Shown one piece after another: positions 47,478 to 57,072 of a DNA stretch of 64,000 bases. Position 1 is the stretch's first letter. Every line of letters starts with the position of its first letter. The notes below the pieces were generated by a model, which was not told the DNA's origin, ran no database searches, and worked only from the letters and a program-made list of their open reading frames with translations. The stretch covers positions 36,945 to 100,944 of the forward strand of contig LCFP01000005.1 in assembly GCA_000999095.1 (NCBI GenBank), read 5' to 3'. A program made the position numbers and the translations under genes. Origin of the DNA: Candidatus Gottesmanbacteria bacterium GW2011_GWA2_43_14 (lineage in GTDB: Bacteria; Patescibacteriota; Microgenomatia; 2-02-FULL-39-11).

Positions 47478-49037
47478 ATGGAAAAACTGGCAGCGGTTTT
47501 GCTGATTGTAGCGGCAGTTGTGGGCATAGAACTTCAATATCTGGTAAATAAATTCCTTACTCCCGAGGGTATGTTTTATCTGGGGACTGTCCATTGGCCT
47601 TCCGATTACTTTTACTACCTGTCCCAATTTGTCCAGGGAAAAGAACATTGGCTTTTTTCAACCATGCTTTTTACACCCGAAAAGCTCAGGCCGGTTCTGG
47701 TCGGCTGGCAAAATGTCCTTACCGGGAGACTACTCATGCTGACAGGCTTGGATGTAATTTCGGCCTATCAGGCAGCCGTGGGAATTTATCTAGCCCTTTT
47801 CTTATACTCAGCCTATTTGTTCATCAGGGAAGTATTCCCCGAAAGCGGGACAAGGAGGATTTTAAGTTTTTTCTTTTTCCTGACTTCAAGTTCGTTTTTT
47901 CATATAAAAGCGGCGGCAGGAAAAATTGAATGGTCATATTTCAACCACTGGTATAACCAGGGCATACCTTTGGCCCGCTTCGGTCCCCGTCCGCACCATT
48001 TACTGGCATATACACTTGGAGTAACAGGCTGGTTATTTTTTGTCCGGAAAAAATATTTTCTGATGGCTTTGGCGGGTTTATTATTGGCCTCGATCAGTCC
48101 GGTAGCCTGGGGATTGGATCTTTTGGCCTTCTTTATAACCTCACTGGTTGGAGAAATCAAAAATAAAACAAAATCCGGCAGCAGATGGAAGTTTCTTCTG
48201 CCATCCGCCATTTATTTTGCCGCAGGAGTGATACCCGCTCTTTATGTCAAAGCCGTCTTCTCGGTCAGTCCCTATAATCTGTCCTCCGTCTGGGAATCTT
48301 ATCAGCACCTGAAACTGAGCCCTTATCATTTATTCCTGGGCACAGGCCTGATTTTCATCCCGGCTGTAATCGGTATCAACAGCTACAGACTCAGGGCAAA
48401 AACCGCCGGAGTTTTCAGTCTGGTATTTTTGGCTTTAGCCGTATTTTTTTACCTGACCGATATCTCGCAGAAATTCAATGTCTCCAATGTCCGCTTCTGG
48501 CCTTCTCAGGTCTATTTGGTTTTCGCTCTTTTGGCAGCAGAAGGCGTTATAAAGACGGCAAAAATATTCGCCAAATTTAAAAAGCAGGCATTGGCTGTCC
48601 TTCTGGTTATCTATCTGTCTTCAATTGCGCCGACGCTTTACCTGTCATACCGTGAGATTCTCAGCCCGAAATACCGGAACGGATATTATTTTATCCCGGA
48701 AGATGTTTTAGATGCGTTTAATAATGCTGAAGTCATGTCAACTCCCGAGGATGTTTTTCTGGTACTCTGGCCTTATAACGAATCTTTTCCTGCTCTTACC
48801 GGCAGAAAAACGTTCTTCGGTTATGAACTTTTTACCATCAACCACCAGGAAAAAATGACCAAAGCATTTGAAATTATTGACGGTAAAATGGGGGAGGCAG
48901 AACTCGGGAAAACCCTGGCATACTATCAGATCAAATATCTTGTGATGTATTCGGGCAATAATTATTTTAAAAAGTTTCCCTTTCTGAAAGCCGTATATAG
49001 CAATCCGATGACGATTATATACAAGGTCGACTTATGA
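47478..49037 (+). CDS. Paralog D of the ~540-aa membrane protein family
   Basis: YLGTVHWPSDYFYYLSQFVQGKEHW and C-terminal block ...IKYLVMYSGNNYF. Confidence 0.55.
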   Translation: MEKLAAVLLIVAAVVGIELQYLVNKFLTPEGMFYLGTVHWPSDYFYYLSQFVQGKEHWLFSTMLFTPEKLRPVLVGWQNVLTGRLLMLTGLDVISAYQAAVGIYLALFLYSAYLFIREVFPESGTRRILSFFFFLTSSSFFHIKAAAGKIEWSYFNHWYNQGIPLARFGPRPHHLLAYTLGVTGWLFFVRKKYFLMALAGLLLASISPVAWGLDLLAFFITSLVGEIKNKTKSGSRWKFLLPSAIYFAAGVIPALYVKAVFSVSPYNLSSVWESYQHLKLSPYHLFLGTGLIFIPAVIGINSYRLRAKTAGVFSLVFLALAVFFYLTDISQKFNVSNVRFWPSQVYLVFALLAAEGVIKTAKIFAKFKKQALAVLLVIYLSSIAPTLYLSYREILSPKYRNGYYFIPEDVLDAFNNAEVMSTPEDVFLVLWPYNESFPALTGRKTFFGYELFTINHQEKMTKAFEIIDGKMGEAELGKTLAYYQIKYLVMYSGNNYFKKFPFLKAVYSNPMTIIYKVDL

Positions 49038-50659
49038 AGTGGAGGATTTTACCGCTGGTTATTTTTTGGCTGGTGATATTGGTAATTGTTGCCCTTCCTG
49101 ATCTGAGGCGGGTTTCTTATACACCCGGTAATTCCTTTTACCCTCTGATCCATAAAGAGCACGAAGACTACTATTCATATTTGTCCTATATCAAACAGGG
49201 CCGGAGCCGGAATACCCTGGTGGATCAGTATACTACCCGGCAGTTGTCTCCTTCGCTTCTCCATAATTACTATTTGATTTTGGGGAAAATCGGGAAAATT
49301 ACGGATTTGTCGGATATTTTCATGTACCGGATCGGTTTATATGCCCCGCTCATCTTTTACGTTTTTATGAGTTTCCGGCTGGTTACCCTTTATCTGCCTC
49401 CCAAATACCATTGGCTGGCTTTGTCCATGATTTTTTTTGCCAGCCCGTATCCTTCGGAAAAGTTCAGTCTTTTAGGCAGAAGTTTTTCATTGGGAGCCGA
49501 ATGGTGGACGGGACTGGATATTTACAGCAGGCTGATGATGAAGCCGCACCATTTTATCTCCACAGCACTCATGATGGCGGCTGTCTACGCTTTCCTGAAA
49601 TTTCTTAGGTTGAGAAAGCTGCACGATTTGGTGTTTACCGGAATATTAATGGATTTGGCCATGGTTTTTTTCGCTCCGCCTGCCTTGATTCTGTTATCCT
49701 CCTTATCATTTCTGTTGTTTGTTTATCTGCTGAGCCTTCTTTACGGGATTATAAAAAAGAATCCTTTGAAAAAGCCAAAATTAAGGGAAGTTGCGGCAGT
49801 AATACTTATCCTGATCTGCTCTCTGTTTATAATTAAATTTGTTCAAAACGAAGCGGCAAAGAAAAACCTGGTGAATTGGGAAAGCGCCAGATTAAACGCT
49901 CCATTGGAATCCCTGCCCCTATTAACTTACAGGTTTTTCCTGCCCCTGGGAATTTTGCCGTTATTTTTCATACCCGCATTTTTTTATATCAGGCGGAAAA
50001 AACAGCTTATTTTTGCCTTTCCCATGCTGATTATTTTCATTTCATACTTGCTGTTTATCTTTTCGGCCAAAGGTATTGTGCCTATACCAATGATCAGGAT
50101 GATTTATTATGCTCCCTATGTTTTCGGCGGTCTGACGGCTGCCTTTGGCGCTGTATACCTGATTGAGCGTACGTCAAAAACCTGCAAAAGGGCAGTATGG
50201 ATCTGTTTAAGTTTGCTGTTTTTTTTAAATGCCCTTTGGGGTTTGAAATCGTATTGGTGGCCTGAGGTGGTAAAAAAAGAGATTTTTCTAAATACCTATA
50301 TTCCTGTTCCTTATCTTGAAGCCATGGATTTTCTAAATTTCGGTACAGACCGCTATTCCAATGTCATGAGCACTTTTTATACCGGTATGTTTATACCCGC
50401 ATTTACTTATAACAAGGTTTATATCGGGCATGAAGCCATTGAGGAGTTTCCCGTAATTTGGTGGACAGCCGGACATTTTATGGCGGGTAAATTTTCAGCC
50501 GGTGACGCCGCGAAGTTTTTGACGGAAAACCGGATCGACTATGTTTTCTGGGATCAGGGAGATTTACCGCAGGCGTATTCGGGTCTGATGGATCAGGTCT
50601 ATAAAAATGAATACGTAACAATATATAAGATAGTGGAAACGCAAGATAAGCCGGGCTAA
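49034..50659 (+). CDS. Paralog E of the ~540-aa membrane protein family
   Basis: YPLIHKEHEDYYSYLSYIKQGRS and C-terminal YTGMFIPAFTYNKVYIGHEA...IDYVFWDQGD. ATGA-coupled to paralog D. Confidence 0.55.
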   Translation: MKWRILPLVIFWLVILVIVALPDLRRVSYTPGNSFYPLIHKEHEDYYSYLSYIKQGRSRNTLVDQYTTRQLSPSLLHNYYLILGKIGKITDLSDIFMYRIGLYAPLIFYVFMSFRLVTLYLPPKYHWLALSMIFFASPYPSEKFSLLGRSFSLGAEWWTGLDIYSRLMMKPHHFISTALMMAAVYAFLKFLRLRKLHDLVFTGILMDLAMVFFAPPALILLSSLSFLLFVYLLSLLYGIIKKNPLKKPKLREVAAVILILICSLFIIKFVQNEAAKKNLVNWESARLNAPLESLPLLTYRFFLPLGILPLFFIPAFFYIRRKKQLIFAFPMLIIFISYLLFIFSAKGIVPIPMIRMIYYAPYVFGGLTAAFGAVYLIERTSKTCKRAVWICLSLLFFLNALWGLKSYWWPEVVKKEIFLNTYIPVPYLEAMDFLNFGTDRYSNVMSTFYTGMFIPAFTYNKVYIGHEAIEEFPVIWWTAGHFMAGKFSAGDAAKFLTENRIDYVFWDQGDLPQAYSGLMDQVYKNEYVTIYKIVETQDKPG

Positions 50660-51894
50660 TTCTTTTTGAGAAATCCCATGAGATATTCTTCCAAGTGTTT
50701 TGCCAAGAGCTTGTTTCCCTTGGCATTAAAATGTCCGTCGTAAGGAAAAAAACAATCGTCGGCACATTTTTCCCGGAAATATGAAAGATTGTCAAAAACC
50801 GTCATGCCTGAAGGTGAAGCAGCCTGTTTAAGAAAGTCGACAGGCTCACCGGACATCCAGGGTTGTCCGGAATACATAAAACCCATTTTTACCATAGTGT
50901 CAGCGCGGACTTTTGAGATAAACAGGCCGTAGGGAATATCGACGATAAAAGGGACCGCACCGTGGTTTTCGGCAACAGTACTTATTTCATTAAAAACAAC
51001 ACCTAGTTTTTCCGCCGCCTGTTTGACTATTTCATCATTCTCCATAAAGGCAGAAAAAAAATCGGGTTTGGCAATAGCCAGGGATAACAGATTGGGATTG
51101 AGGTCCCCTTTAAGATACATATCCAGCACCTCCGGGTCAATTGTGTTTTCAATGGAGGTTAGCTGTTCGTCGGCCACCCGGCTGATAAGAGTGACAAGGT
51201 TGGACATATTTGCCGGGCGGATATCGACTTTTTTATAGGGGGATAGGAGAGCGGAAAAATAAGGAAACAGGTTTGTGATATACCGGCCGATATTTACCGT
51301 TTTATCGGAAAAGGACTGTCCGGCGGCAATTCTTGCCAGCAGTCTGTTTCTTACCGTATCTCCTGATTGTGCCGGTATAAACTGCTTTTCAGGCGGGGGG
51401 GCGATCTGTCCGATATCTTCCCCCTCGACAATACCGATAAGCAGAATATCGGGGTTGAAAAGCGGAACAAATTTTTTAATATTGTCCAGATAGTTATATG
51501 GGCTTGTACCCGGCTGGCCAAGATTGAAAATTTCGATTTTCCTGTCCTTCAGGCGGCGGCCTAAATTTTTTTCAAGCACAGTTATCCAAATATCATTCTC
51601 ATCCGCACCGTTGCCGAAGGTAAAAGAATCGCCGAAAGCCAATATTCTTACGGTGTTAACCGCTTTCGGCTTTTGATATTCCCGCCCGCGGAAGCCCAGG
51701 GAGTTGGTTTTGGCCAGATAGCTGAATTCCGGGCCCTGATAGACAACGGCAGTATTTGGGGGTAAAAAAAAGACATCCCGCAAGTCAGGTTTTACCGGAA
51801 TTCCGAAAATCTTTAACAAAACTTTGTCAGCCGAAAAAAGCAGGGTCAAGGTAGCCAAGGGCAGTAATAAAATGATTACGGTTTTTTTATTCAC
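50656..51894 (-). CDS. SGNH/GDSL hydrolase with N-terminal signal/anchor (possible carbohydrate esterase or O-acyltransferase accessory protein)
   Basis: ILAFGDSFTFG block I motif in a 412-aa ORF. Confidence 0.6.
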   Translation of the reverse strand: MNKKTVIILLLPLATLTLLFSADKVLLKIFGIPVKPDLRDVFFLPPNTAVVYQGPEFSYLAKTNSLGFRGREYQKPKAVNTVRILAFGDSFTFGNGADENDIWITVLEKNLGRRLKDRKIEIFNLGQPGTSPYNYLDNIKKFVPLFNPDILLIGIVEGEDIGQIAPPPEKQFIPAQSGDTVRNRLLARIAAGQSFSDKTVNIGRYITNLFPYFSALLSPYKKVDIRPANMSNLVTLISRVADEQLTSIENTIDPEVLDMYLKGDLNPNLLSLAIAKPDFFSAFMENDEIVKQAAEKLGVVFNEISTVAENHGAVPFIVDIPYGLFISKVRADTMVKMGFMYSGQPWMSGEPVDFLKQAASPSGMTVFDNLSYFREKCADDCFFPYDGHFNAKGNKLLAKHLEEYLMGFLKKN

Positions 51895-51930
51895 AGGAAA
51901 TTGTATAAACTTGTTATAGCACAGAAAGCA

Positions 51931-52614
51931 ATGAACCTGAAAGATAAATTATCGGAATTTTACGGCAGCTTGTCAGTTGTTGCCCAAAAGTGCGGCAGAA
52001 GCGAAGACAGCCTCACTGTCCTTTTTGCCACCAAGTATTTAAATTCAGAACAGTTGGCGGCTTTTATTGACATATATTGGCTTTTGAAGGGGGAAAAAGC
52101 CGTGATAGGCGAGAACCGGGTGCAGGATGCCGGGGAGAAACTTTCATATCTTAATGAATTTCATCCGGATTTGAAAAATAAATTCTATCCCGTCCTGATC
52201 GGCAACCTGCAGAAGAATAAGATCAATAAAGCTTTAAACCTGTTTGAAGAATTCCACGCAGTCGACAGTTTAGAGCTGGCGTCAGACATAAATTTTAGAG
52301 CCGCTAACCGGAATGTACCTGTTTTTTTGGAAGTGAATATTTCCGGAGAAAAATCAAAGCATGGAATAAGTTCTGATACCGCACCCGAAGTGATAGAAAG
52401 AGTAAATATTATGCCCAATTTAAAATTAGAAGGACTTATGACCATGGCTCCGGAAATAGCCGACAAAACAGTCATCCGCAAAGTTTTCCGTAAATTGAAA
52501 AAATTGGCGGCTAAATATGAGTTAAAAACATCCATGGGCATGAGCCATGACTGGCAGACAGCTGTTGAGGAAGGCAGCGACATCCTGCGCATCGGGTCAA
52601 AGTTATTCAAATAA
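51931..52614 (+). CDS. YggS/PLPBP family PLP-binding protein
   Basis: AVIGENRVQD motif and alanine-racemase N-terminal fold. ATG at 51931 preferred over the TTG at 51901. Confidence 0.7.
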   Translation: MNLKDKLSEFYGSLSVVAQKCGRSEDSLTVLFATKYLNSEQLAAFIDIYWLLKGEKAVIGENRVQDAGEKLSYLNEFHPDLKNKFYPVLIGNLQKNKINKALNLFEEFHAVDSLELASDINFRAANRNVPVFLEVNISGEKSKHGISSDTAPEVIERVNIMPNLKLEGLMTMAPEIADKTVIRKVFRKLKKLAAKYELKTSMGMSHDWQTAVEEGSDILRIGSKLFK

Positions 52615-52656
52615 ATTTGCATCCGATGCATTTCCATTGTATATTTCCGATTTAAT

Positions 52657-53514
52657 ATGTCAGTTTTATCCCGATTAGAAGCTGAAAGGCATTATATTAT
52701 CAGAGCAGATGAAATTGCGACTAGACTCACAAGAATTGAGTCAAATTTACCTTTGATTACAGATGAACGCGTAAATAAGCAGGACAATATTGCAAAACAC
52801 GTAATTGTCAGGTCGATTATAGCAGGAGATTTTTCCGGTACAAATATAAGTGAGTCTGTGATTGTTGACTCTCAACTGACTGGTAATTTCAACGGTGCAG
52901 ATTTGACTGAAACAGATTTTATTGACACAGGTTTTAAAGGTGATTTTATTGGTTGTCCGAATAGCGGCTCATACTATAGAAGATGTGATATTTCCGGAGC
53001 AAAATTTAATCAAAGAGTGCCTAGAAGTGTTGCAATTGATGATCTTAAAATAAAAAGACTTACAGGTATTGTCATTTTTTGTGCGAGGGTAGAAGAAAGT
53101 ATGTTTGAATCTGATGATTTTGCTGTTTTCATGCCTGTAAATTTTAAATTAAAGGAGTTAGAAATTCCATTTTTGGCAAGATTGTATTTTGACGGAATTA
53201 GGAAAAAATTAGGATTGATTTCAACCCAAGATTTATTAGTTGGAAATTCCGATTTTTCAGAAGATAGAATATGGTCCGGTTTTATATATACAATGCCTAG
53301 AGAACAAGTGGAAATTAGACAACTAATAATTGAGAGAATGGTTCAAGCACATGGCCAAAGTTCAGAATTTAAAATTGCCGACCCGTTAGAAATTAGAGTC
53401 CAAGATCAAGGATTAACATTACGTCCAGCAAGACCGTTAGATATAGTAAAAATAGAACATAACCTGGCAGGTATTCATGGACAGATTAGGGAGAGTATAG
53501 CTCCGATCATATGA
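52657..53514 (+). CDS. Hypothetical protein with a pentapeptide-repeat-like segment; AT-rich
   Basis: Residues ~60-110 (GDFSGTNISESVIVDSQLTGNFNGADLTETDFIDTGFKGDF) resemble pentapeptide repeats. GC is clearly lower than the flanking genes. Confidence 0.4.
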   Translation: MSVLSRLEAERHYIIRADEIATRLTRIESNLPLITDERVNKQDNIAKHVIVRSIIAGDFSGTNISESVIVDSQLTGNFNGADLTETDFIDTGFKGDFIGCPNSGSYYRRCDISGAKFNQRVPRSVAIDDLKIKRLTGIVIFCARVEESMFESDDFAVFMPVNFKLKELEIPFLARLYFDGIRKKLGLISTQDLLVGNSDFSEDRIWSGFIYTMPREQVEIRQLIIERMVQAHGQSSEFKIADPLEIRVQDQGLTLRPARPLDIVKIEHNLAGIHGQIRESIAPII

Positions 53515-55135
53515 TATACAAATATACTTGGGAATTATCATATATTTGTTGAACAAAAGGGTAAATAAAATTCAATTTTCTATCGCCCAGCATGTCTTTT
53601 TCTTCAGGGCCTACAAAGACGTATTTGATCCGTCCGTTGCGGAGGAAGATTTGGGCCTGGCCGGCGGACATTTCGCCTTTGAAGAATTTTTCGACCTCGA
53701 GCTGTTTTAAGTTATAGTCGACCGTATTGGACTGGCCGAAGTAAACGAAATTTCCCGCGTAAGCCGGAATGAAGTTGCCGGCGGTGAAGCCGGCCAGAAC
53801 AACCTCATTTTTGCCGGTATTGTTTTTCAGCCAATTGATAGCCTCCATCCAGGCAGTCAAAGGATACATGGTTTGCGGAGGGTTAGGCACTTCGGGATAA
53901 TCAGCGCCTATCCGCTGGCTGATAAATGAAGTCTGCCATTTCAGGCTGTTATACATGATATAAAGATTGGCCAGAAGATAGAGAGTAATTGCGGCCACAA
54001 GAATTGCGCGCCCGGTTGATGTGGTAAAGAAAAGCCACATCCGCCGCAGGAAATAGGCTGAGAGAAGACCCAGGGGGATAAACAAACCGGTTTGGGTAAA
54101 TCTTAAAGGGCTCTGTTCACGGATTATTGAAAACAGCGAGGCAAAAAGAAATGTGGATACGACCCAGAGTATCAGCGGATAATATTTTTTTTCACGCCTG
54201 ATAACTGCCGCAAGTGAGCCAAAGAACCCCAAAAAGATAATAGGACCGGTGCCTAAGACATACTGGTCAAAGGGAATCATCATCGGATGGGTGCGGTGGA
54301 ATTCGATCAGCGCCGACCAGGGCGCGATTTTGGTAATCACAAAAAGATATAAAAGAGAAAGAGACGACAGGATTACGAAGATGAGCCGGTCCGTTCTTAA
54401 GGTTTTCCGCTTGTGGATATCGAGGCCTATAAGCAGTAAAATGACGCCGTTGAGAGTCATAAGGCTCGGGGGGAAAACCAAACCCGCCAAGATGCCCAAA
54501 AAGGCCAGGAATACGATTTTTTTAAGGGATAGTGGTTTTTTCAGGTTGAAAATTTGATACAGCAGGTAGAAAGAAATTACCTGTCCGAAGAGAATATGCG
54601 GAATAAAGGTCAGGCGTTGCAGGCTGTCGGTATTCGACCACCATTCCATATACCTTTCGATTTTTAATCCCTGGCCGGTTGCTACAAATTTGGGAAAACT
54701 TCCGGAAACAACTGTCGTCAGGAAAGCCAGAAGTGACCAATGGTAATTTTTAAATAATTTCCGGGAAAAGAAGGCAACTATTACCAATAAGAGCGGAGAA
54801 AGAATAAATCTGCCAAGCTGGTAGGCGTTGTTGGGAGAAATTGAGAGGAGGTTGCCCAGCCGTCCCAGATACAGATAGAATATCTGGATTAAAGAGCCGC
54901 GGTGTGGTTCCGAAGTATATTTTTCTACAGCCGTCCACCTGCCTTCATAACCCTGTCTGATTTTGGACAGATAAAGGTTGAAATCAGGCCAGTAATAATT
55001 GTGTTCCAGTATAAAAACCCGGTTTTTGGCAGCCAGTTTGCCTTTCTGCGACAGCTCAAAAAGTGTCGGATAGTAGGAAAAGGAAAGGAAAAAGACTATC
55101 AGGATGGCAAAAACAACGGTTTTATACTTGACCAT
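53507..55135 (-). CDS. Paralog F of the ~540-aa membrane protein family
   Basis: VFILEHNYYWPDFNLYLSKIRQGYEG and C-terminal TAGNFIPAYAGNFVYFGQSNT...IKYVFVGPEEK; closest to paralog A. Confidence 0.6.
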   Translation of the reverse strand: MVKYKTVVFAILIVFFLSFSYYPTLFELSQKGKLAAKNRVFILEHNYYWPDFNLYLSKIRQGYEGRWTAVEKYTSEPHRGSLIQIFYLYLGRLGNLLSISPNNAYQLGRFILSPLLLVIVAFFSRKLFKNYHWSLLAFLTTVVSGSFPKFVATGQGLKIERYMEWWSNTDSLQRLTFIPHILFGQVISFYLLYQIFNLKKPLSLKKIVFLAFLGILAGLVFPPSLMTLNGVILLLIGLDIHKRKTLRTDRLIFVILSSLSLLYLFVITKIAPWSALIEFHRTHPMMIPFDQYVLGTGPIIFLGFFGSLAAVIRREKKYYPLILWVVSTFLFASLFSIIREQSPLRFTQTGLFIPLGLLSAYFLRRMWLFFTTSTGRAILVAAITLYLLANLYIMYNSLKWQTSFISQRIGADYPEVPNPPQTMYPLTAWMEAINWLKNNTGKNEVVLAGFTAGNFIPAYAGNFVYFGQSNTVDYNLKQLEVEKFFKGEMSAGQAQIFLRNGRIKYVFVGPEEKDMLGDRKLNFIYPFVQQIYDNSQVYLYII

Positions 55136-55174
55136 GGGATTGATAATTTATTATAACGTAAGAATACTTCTTAC

Positions 55175-56200
55175 ATGATTTTACTTTCAATCGTCATTCC
55201 TGCCTACAACAGCCAGGGGACGATCGCGCGCCTTCTTGATTCCATTTACCGCTCTAAAAGAACAGATTTCTCAAAAATCGAAGTCATTGTCATTGATGAC
55301 CACTCCCGTGACGGGACAGTTGGGGAAACTGCCCTGTTTTTGGAAAAACATAAAAGAGACCATTTTCAGTTCAGAATCATCGAGCTTCATAAAAATGCCG
55401 GTCCGGCCGCTGCCCGCAATACCGGGGCAAAATACGCCCGGGGCAAAATCCTGCTGTTTTTGGATGCTGATGTCGAACTTTATCCCGGTTCACTGGCAGA
55501 AGTAGTCAGGAATTTTGCCGAAGATGAGGATATATTTGCCCTGACCGGCGTCTGGTCTAAAAGCCAGAGAAGCCGTAACTTTTTCCCGAAATTCAAGGCT
55601 TTGCGCGACTGGAGCTATTGGATCAATGAGCGGGATCCGAAAAATTATTACTATTTGTTTTCCACGAGGGTCGCCGCCATCAATAGAGATTTATTTCTGC
55701 GATTGGGCGGTTTCGATACAACCTACAAATCGGCATTGGTTGAGGATATAGAACTGACTTACCGCATAGCGCGAAGATACGCCATTGTATTTAATCCCAA
55801 GGTGATGGTCAGGCATGAATTTGAAGATTTCCTCCCGATTGCCAAAAAATACTTCTGGCGCTCATATTTCTGGAGCCGGATCTACCGCAATCGGAAGAAA
55901 TTTGACCCGGTAGCCACAACTATGAAGGAGGCGCTGACGACTGTTTCGGCTGCGGCAATTGTATTTTCTCTGATTCTCGCTCTTATCCTTTCCGCCTTAT
56001 CATTGCCGGTAGCTTTAACTTATGTGGTTTTGGCTGTCTTATGTCTGGTATTTCTGGTGCATCTTTGGGGGGTAAGGAAATTTTTAACCTTTGCCCGGCG
56101 CGAAGAGGGAATGGTTTTCGCCGTCAAAGCTTTCTTTACGGGTCTGATACTTTACCTGGTTATCCTTTCCGGAGCCTGCTATTCTTTAGTGAAAAAGTAA
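55175..56200 (+). CDS. GT2 glycosyltransferase with C-terminal TM helices (ArnC/polyprenyl-phosphate glycosyltransferase-like)
   Basis: LSIVIPAYNSQGTI, VIVIDDHSRDGT and LFLDADVEL (DxD) motifs, with two C-terminal TM segments. Confidence 0.8.
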   Translation: MILLSIVIPAYNSQGTIARLLDSIYRSKRTDFSKIEVIVIDDHSRDGTVGETALFLEKHKRDHFQFRIIELHKNAGPAAARNTGAKYARGKILLFLDADVELYPGSLAEVVRNFAEDEDIFALTGVWSKSQRSRNFFPKFKALRDWSYWINERDPKNYYYLFSTRVAAINRDLFLRLGGFDTTYKSALVEDIELTYRIARRYAIVFNPKVMVRHEFEDFLPIAKKYFWRSYFWSRIYRNRKKFDPVATTMKEALTTVSAAAIVFSLILALILSALSLPVALTYVVLAVLCLVFLVHLWGVRKFLTFARREEGMVFAVKAFFTGLILYLVILSGACYSLVKK

Positions 56201-56252
56201 TTTAAAACCCCAGCAATTCCTGTCTTATTTTAGACTGGTCAGGGGAGTTGAT

Positions 56253-56280
56253 TTGACAGTAAATTGAATCTCAATATACT
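56253..56280 (+). promoter_or_regulatory. Near-consensus sigma70 promoter (TTGACA-16-TATACT) driving the DUF3800 gene; predicts a leaderless or very short-leader mRNA
   Basis: TTGACA at 56253-56258 and TATACT at 56275-56280. The ATG at 56289 is about 9 nt after the -10 element. Confidence 0.4.
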
Positions 56281-56288
56281 TGAAGCAA

Positions 56289-56915
56289 ATGCTTGTATTT
56301 ATTGATGATTCAGGGGATCCCGGATTTAAGTTGGGGCATGGTTCTACACCGGTTTTTGTAGTTAATTGCGTGATATTTGATGATGAATTGGAAGCGGAGA
56401 GAACAGCTGTGTCCATAAAAGAACTGCGTCGGAAACTTAAGAAGTCGGATAATTTTGAATTCAAATTTAATAAAGCCAATCGTGAGTTACGTTTGAAGTT
56501 CTTAAATCATGTAGCTAGTTTCAAATTTCGTGTCAGAGCCATTGTGTTTGATAAGAAGAAAATAAGGAGTATTGAGCTAAAATCATCAAATCAATCTTTT
56601 TATAACTATGCCATAAAAATGGTTTTGAAGCATAATTTCGGTACGATTAAAAATGCTAAGTTAAGGTTGGACGGTCATGGTGACAGATTATATAAAAGGG
56701 AAGTAGTCAGGTATTTGAGGAATGAGTTGAATGATAAAGAAGTTAAAGTATTCCAAAAATTACAATTTGTCGATTCACGAACAAACGTACTTATCCAACT
56801 TACTGATATGATCGCCGGATCAATTCATAGATGTTATCAGAAAGATAAAAATGATGCGAAAATTTATATTGCCACTATTAAGAAAAGAATTGAAGATTGC
56901 TGGAATTTTTGTTGA
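56289..56915 (+). CDS. DUF3800-family protein
   Basis: N-terminal MLVFIDDSGDPGF and C-terminal QLTDMIAGSI match the DUF3800 signature (YIDESG...QxADxxAG). The gene is AT-rich. Confidence 0.6.
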   Translation: MLVFIDDSGDPGFKLGHGSTPVFVVNCVIFDDELEAERTAVSIKELRRKLKKSDNFEFKFNKANRELRLKFLNHVASFKFRVRAIVFDKKKIRSIELKSSNQSFYNYAIKMVLKHNFGTIKNAKLRLDGHGDRLYKREVVRYLRNELNDKEVKVFQKLQFVDSRTNVLIQLTDMIAGSIHRCYQKDKNDAKIYIATIKKRIEDCWNFC

Positions 56916-57072
56916 AAAATGGTCGATCCGCTTTCTAGACTGGTTGTCCCAGCCACGCCACCATACGGCGACAGTTCGAAAAGCGGATCTTTGTATGTAT
57001 ATTATACATCCCAACAGCAAACAACATAGAGTTTGGTAGGCAGGATAAGTAAAATATTATCTTGACAGCTTT

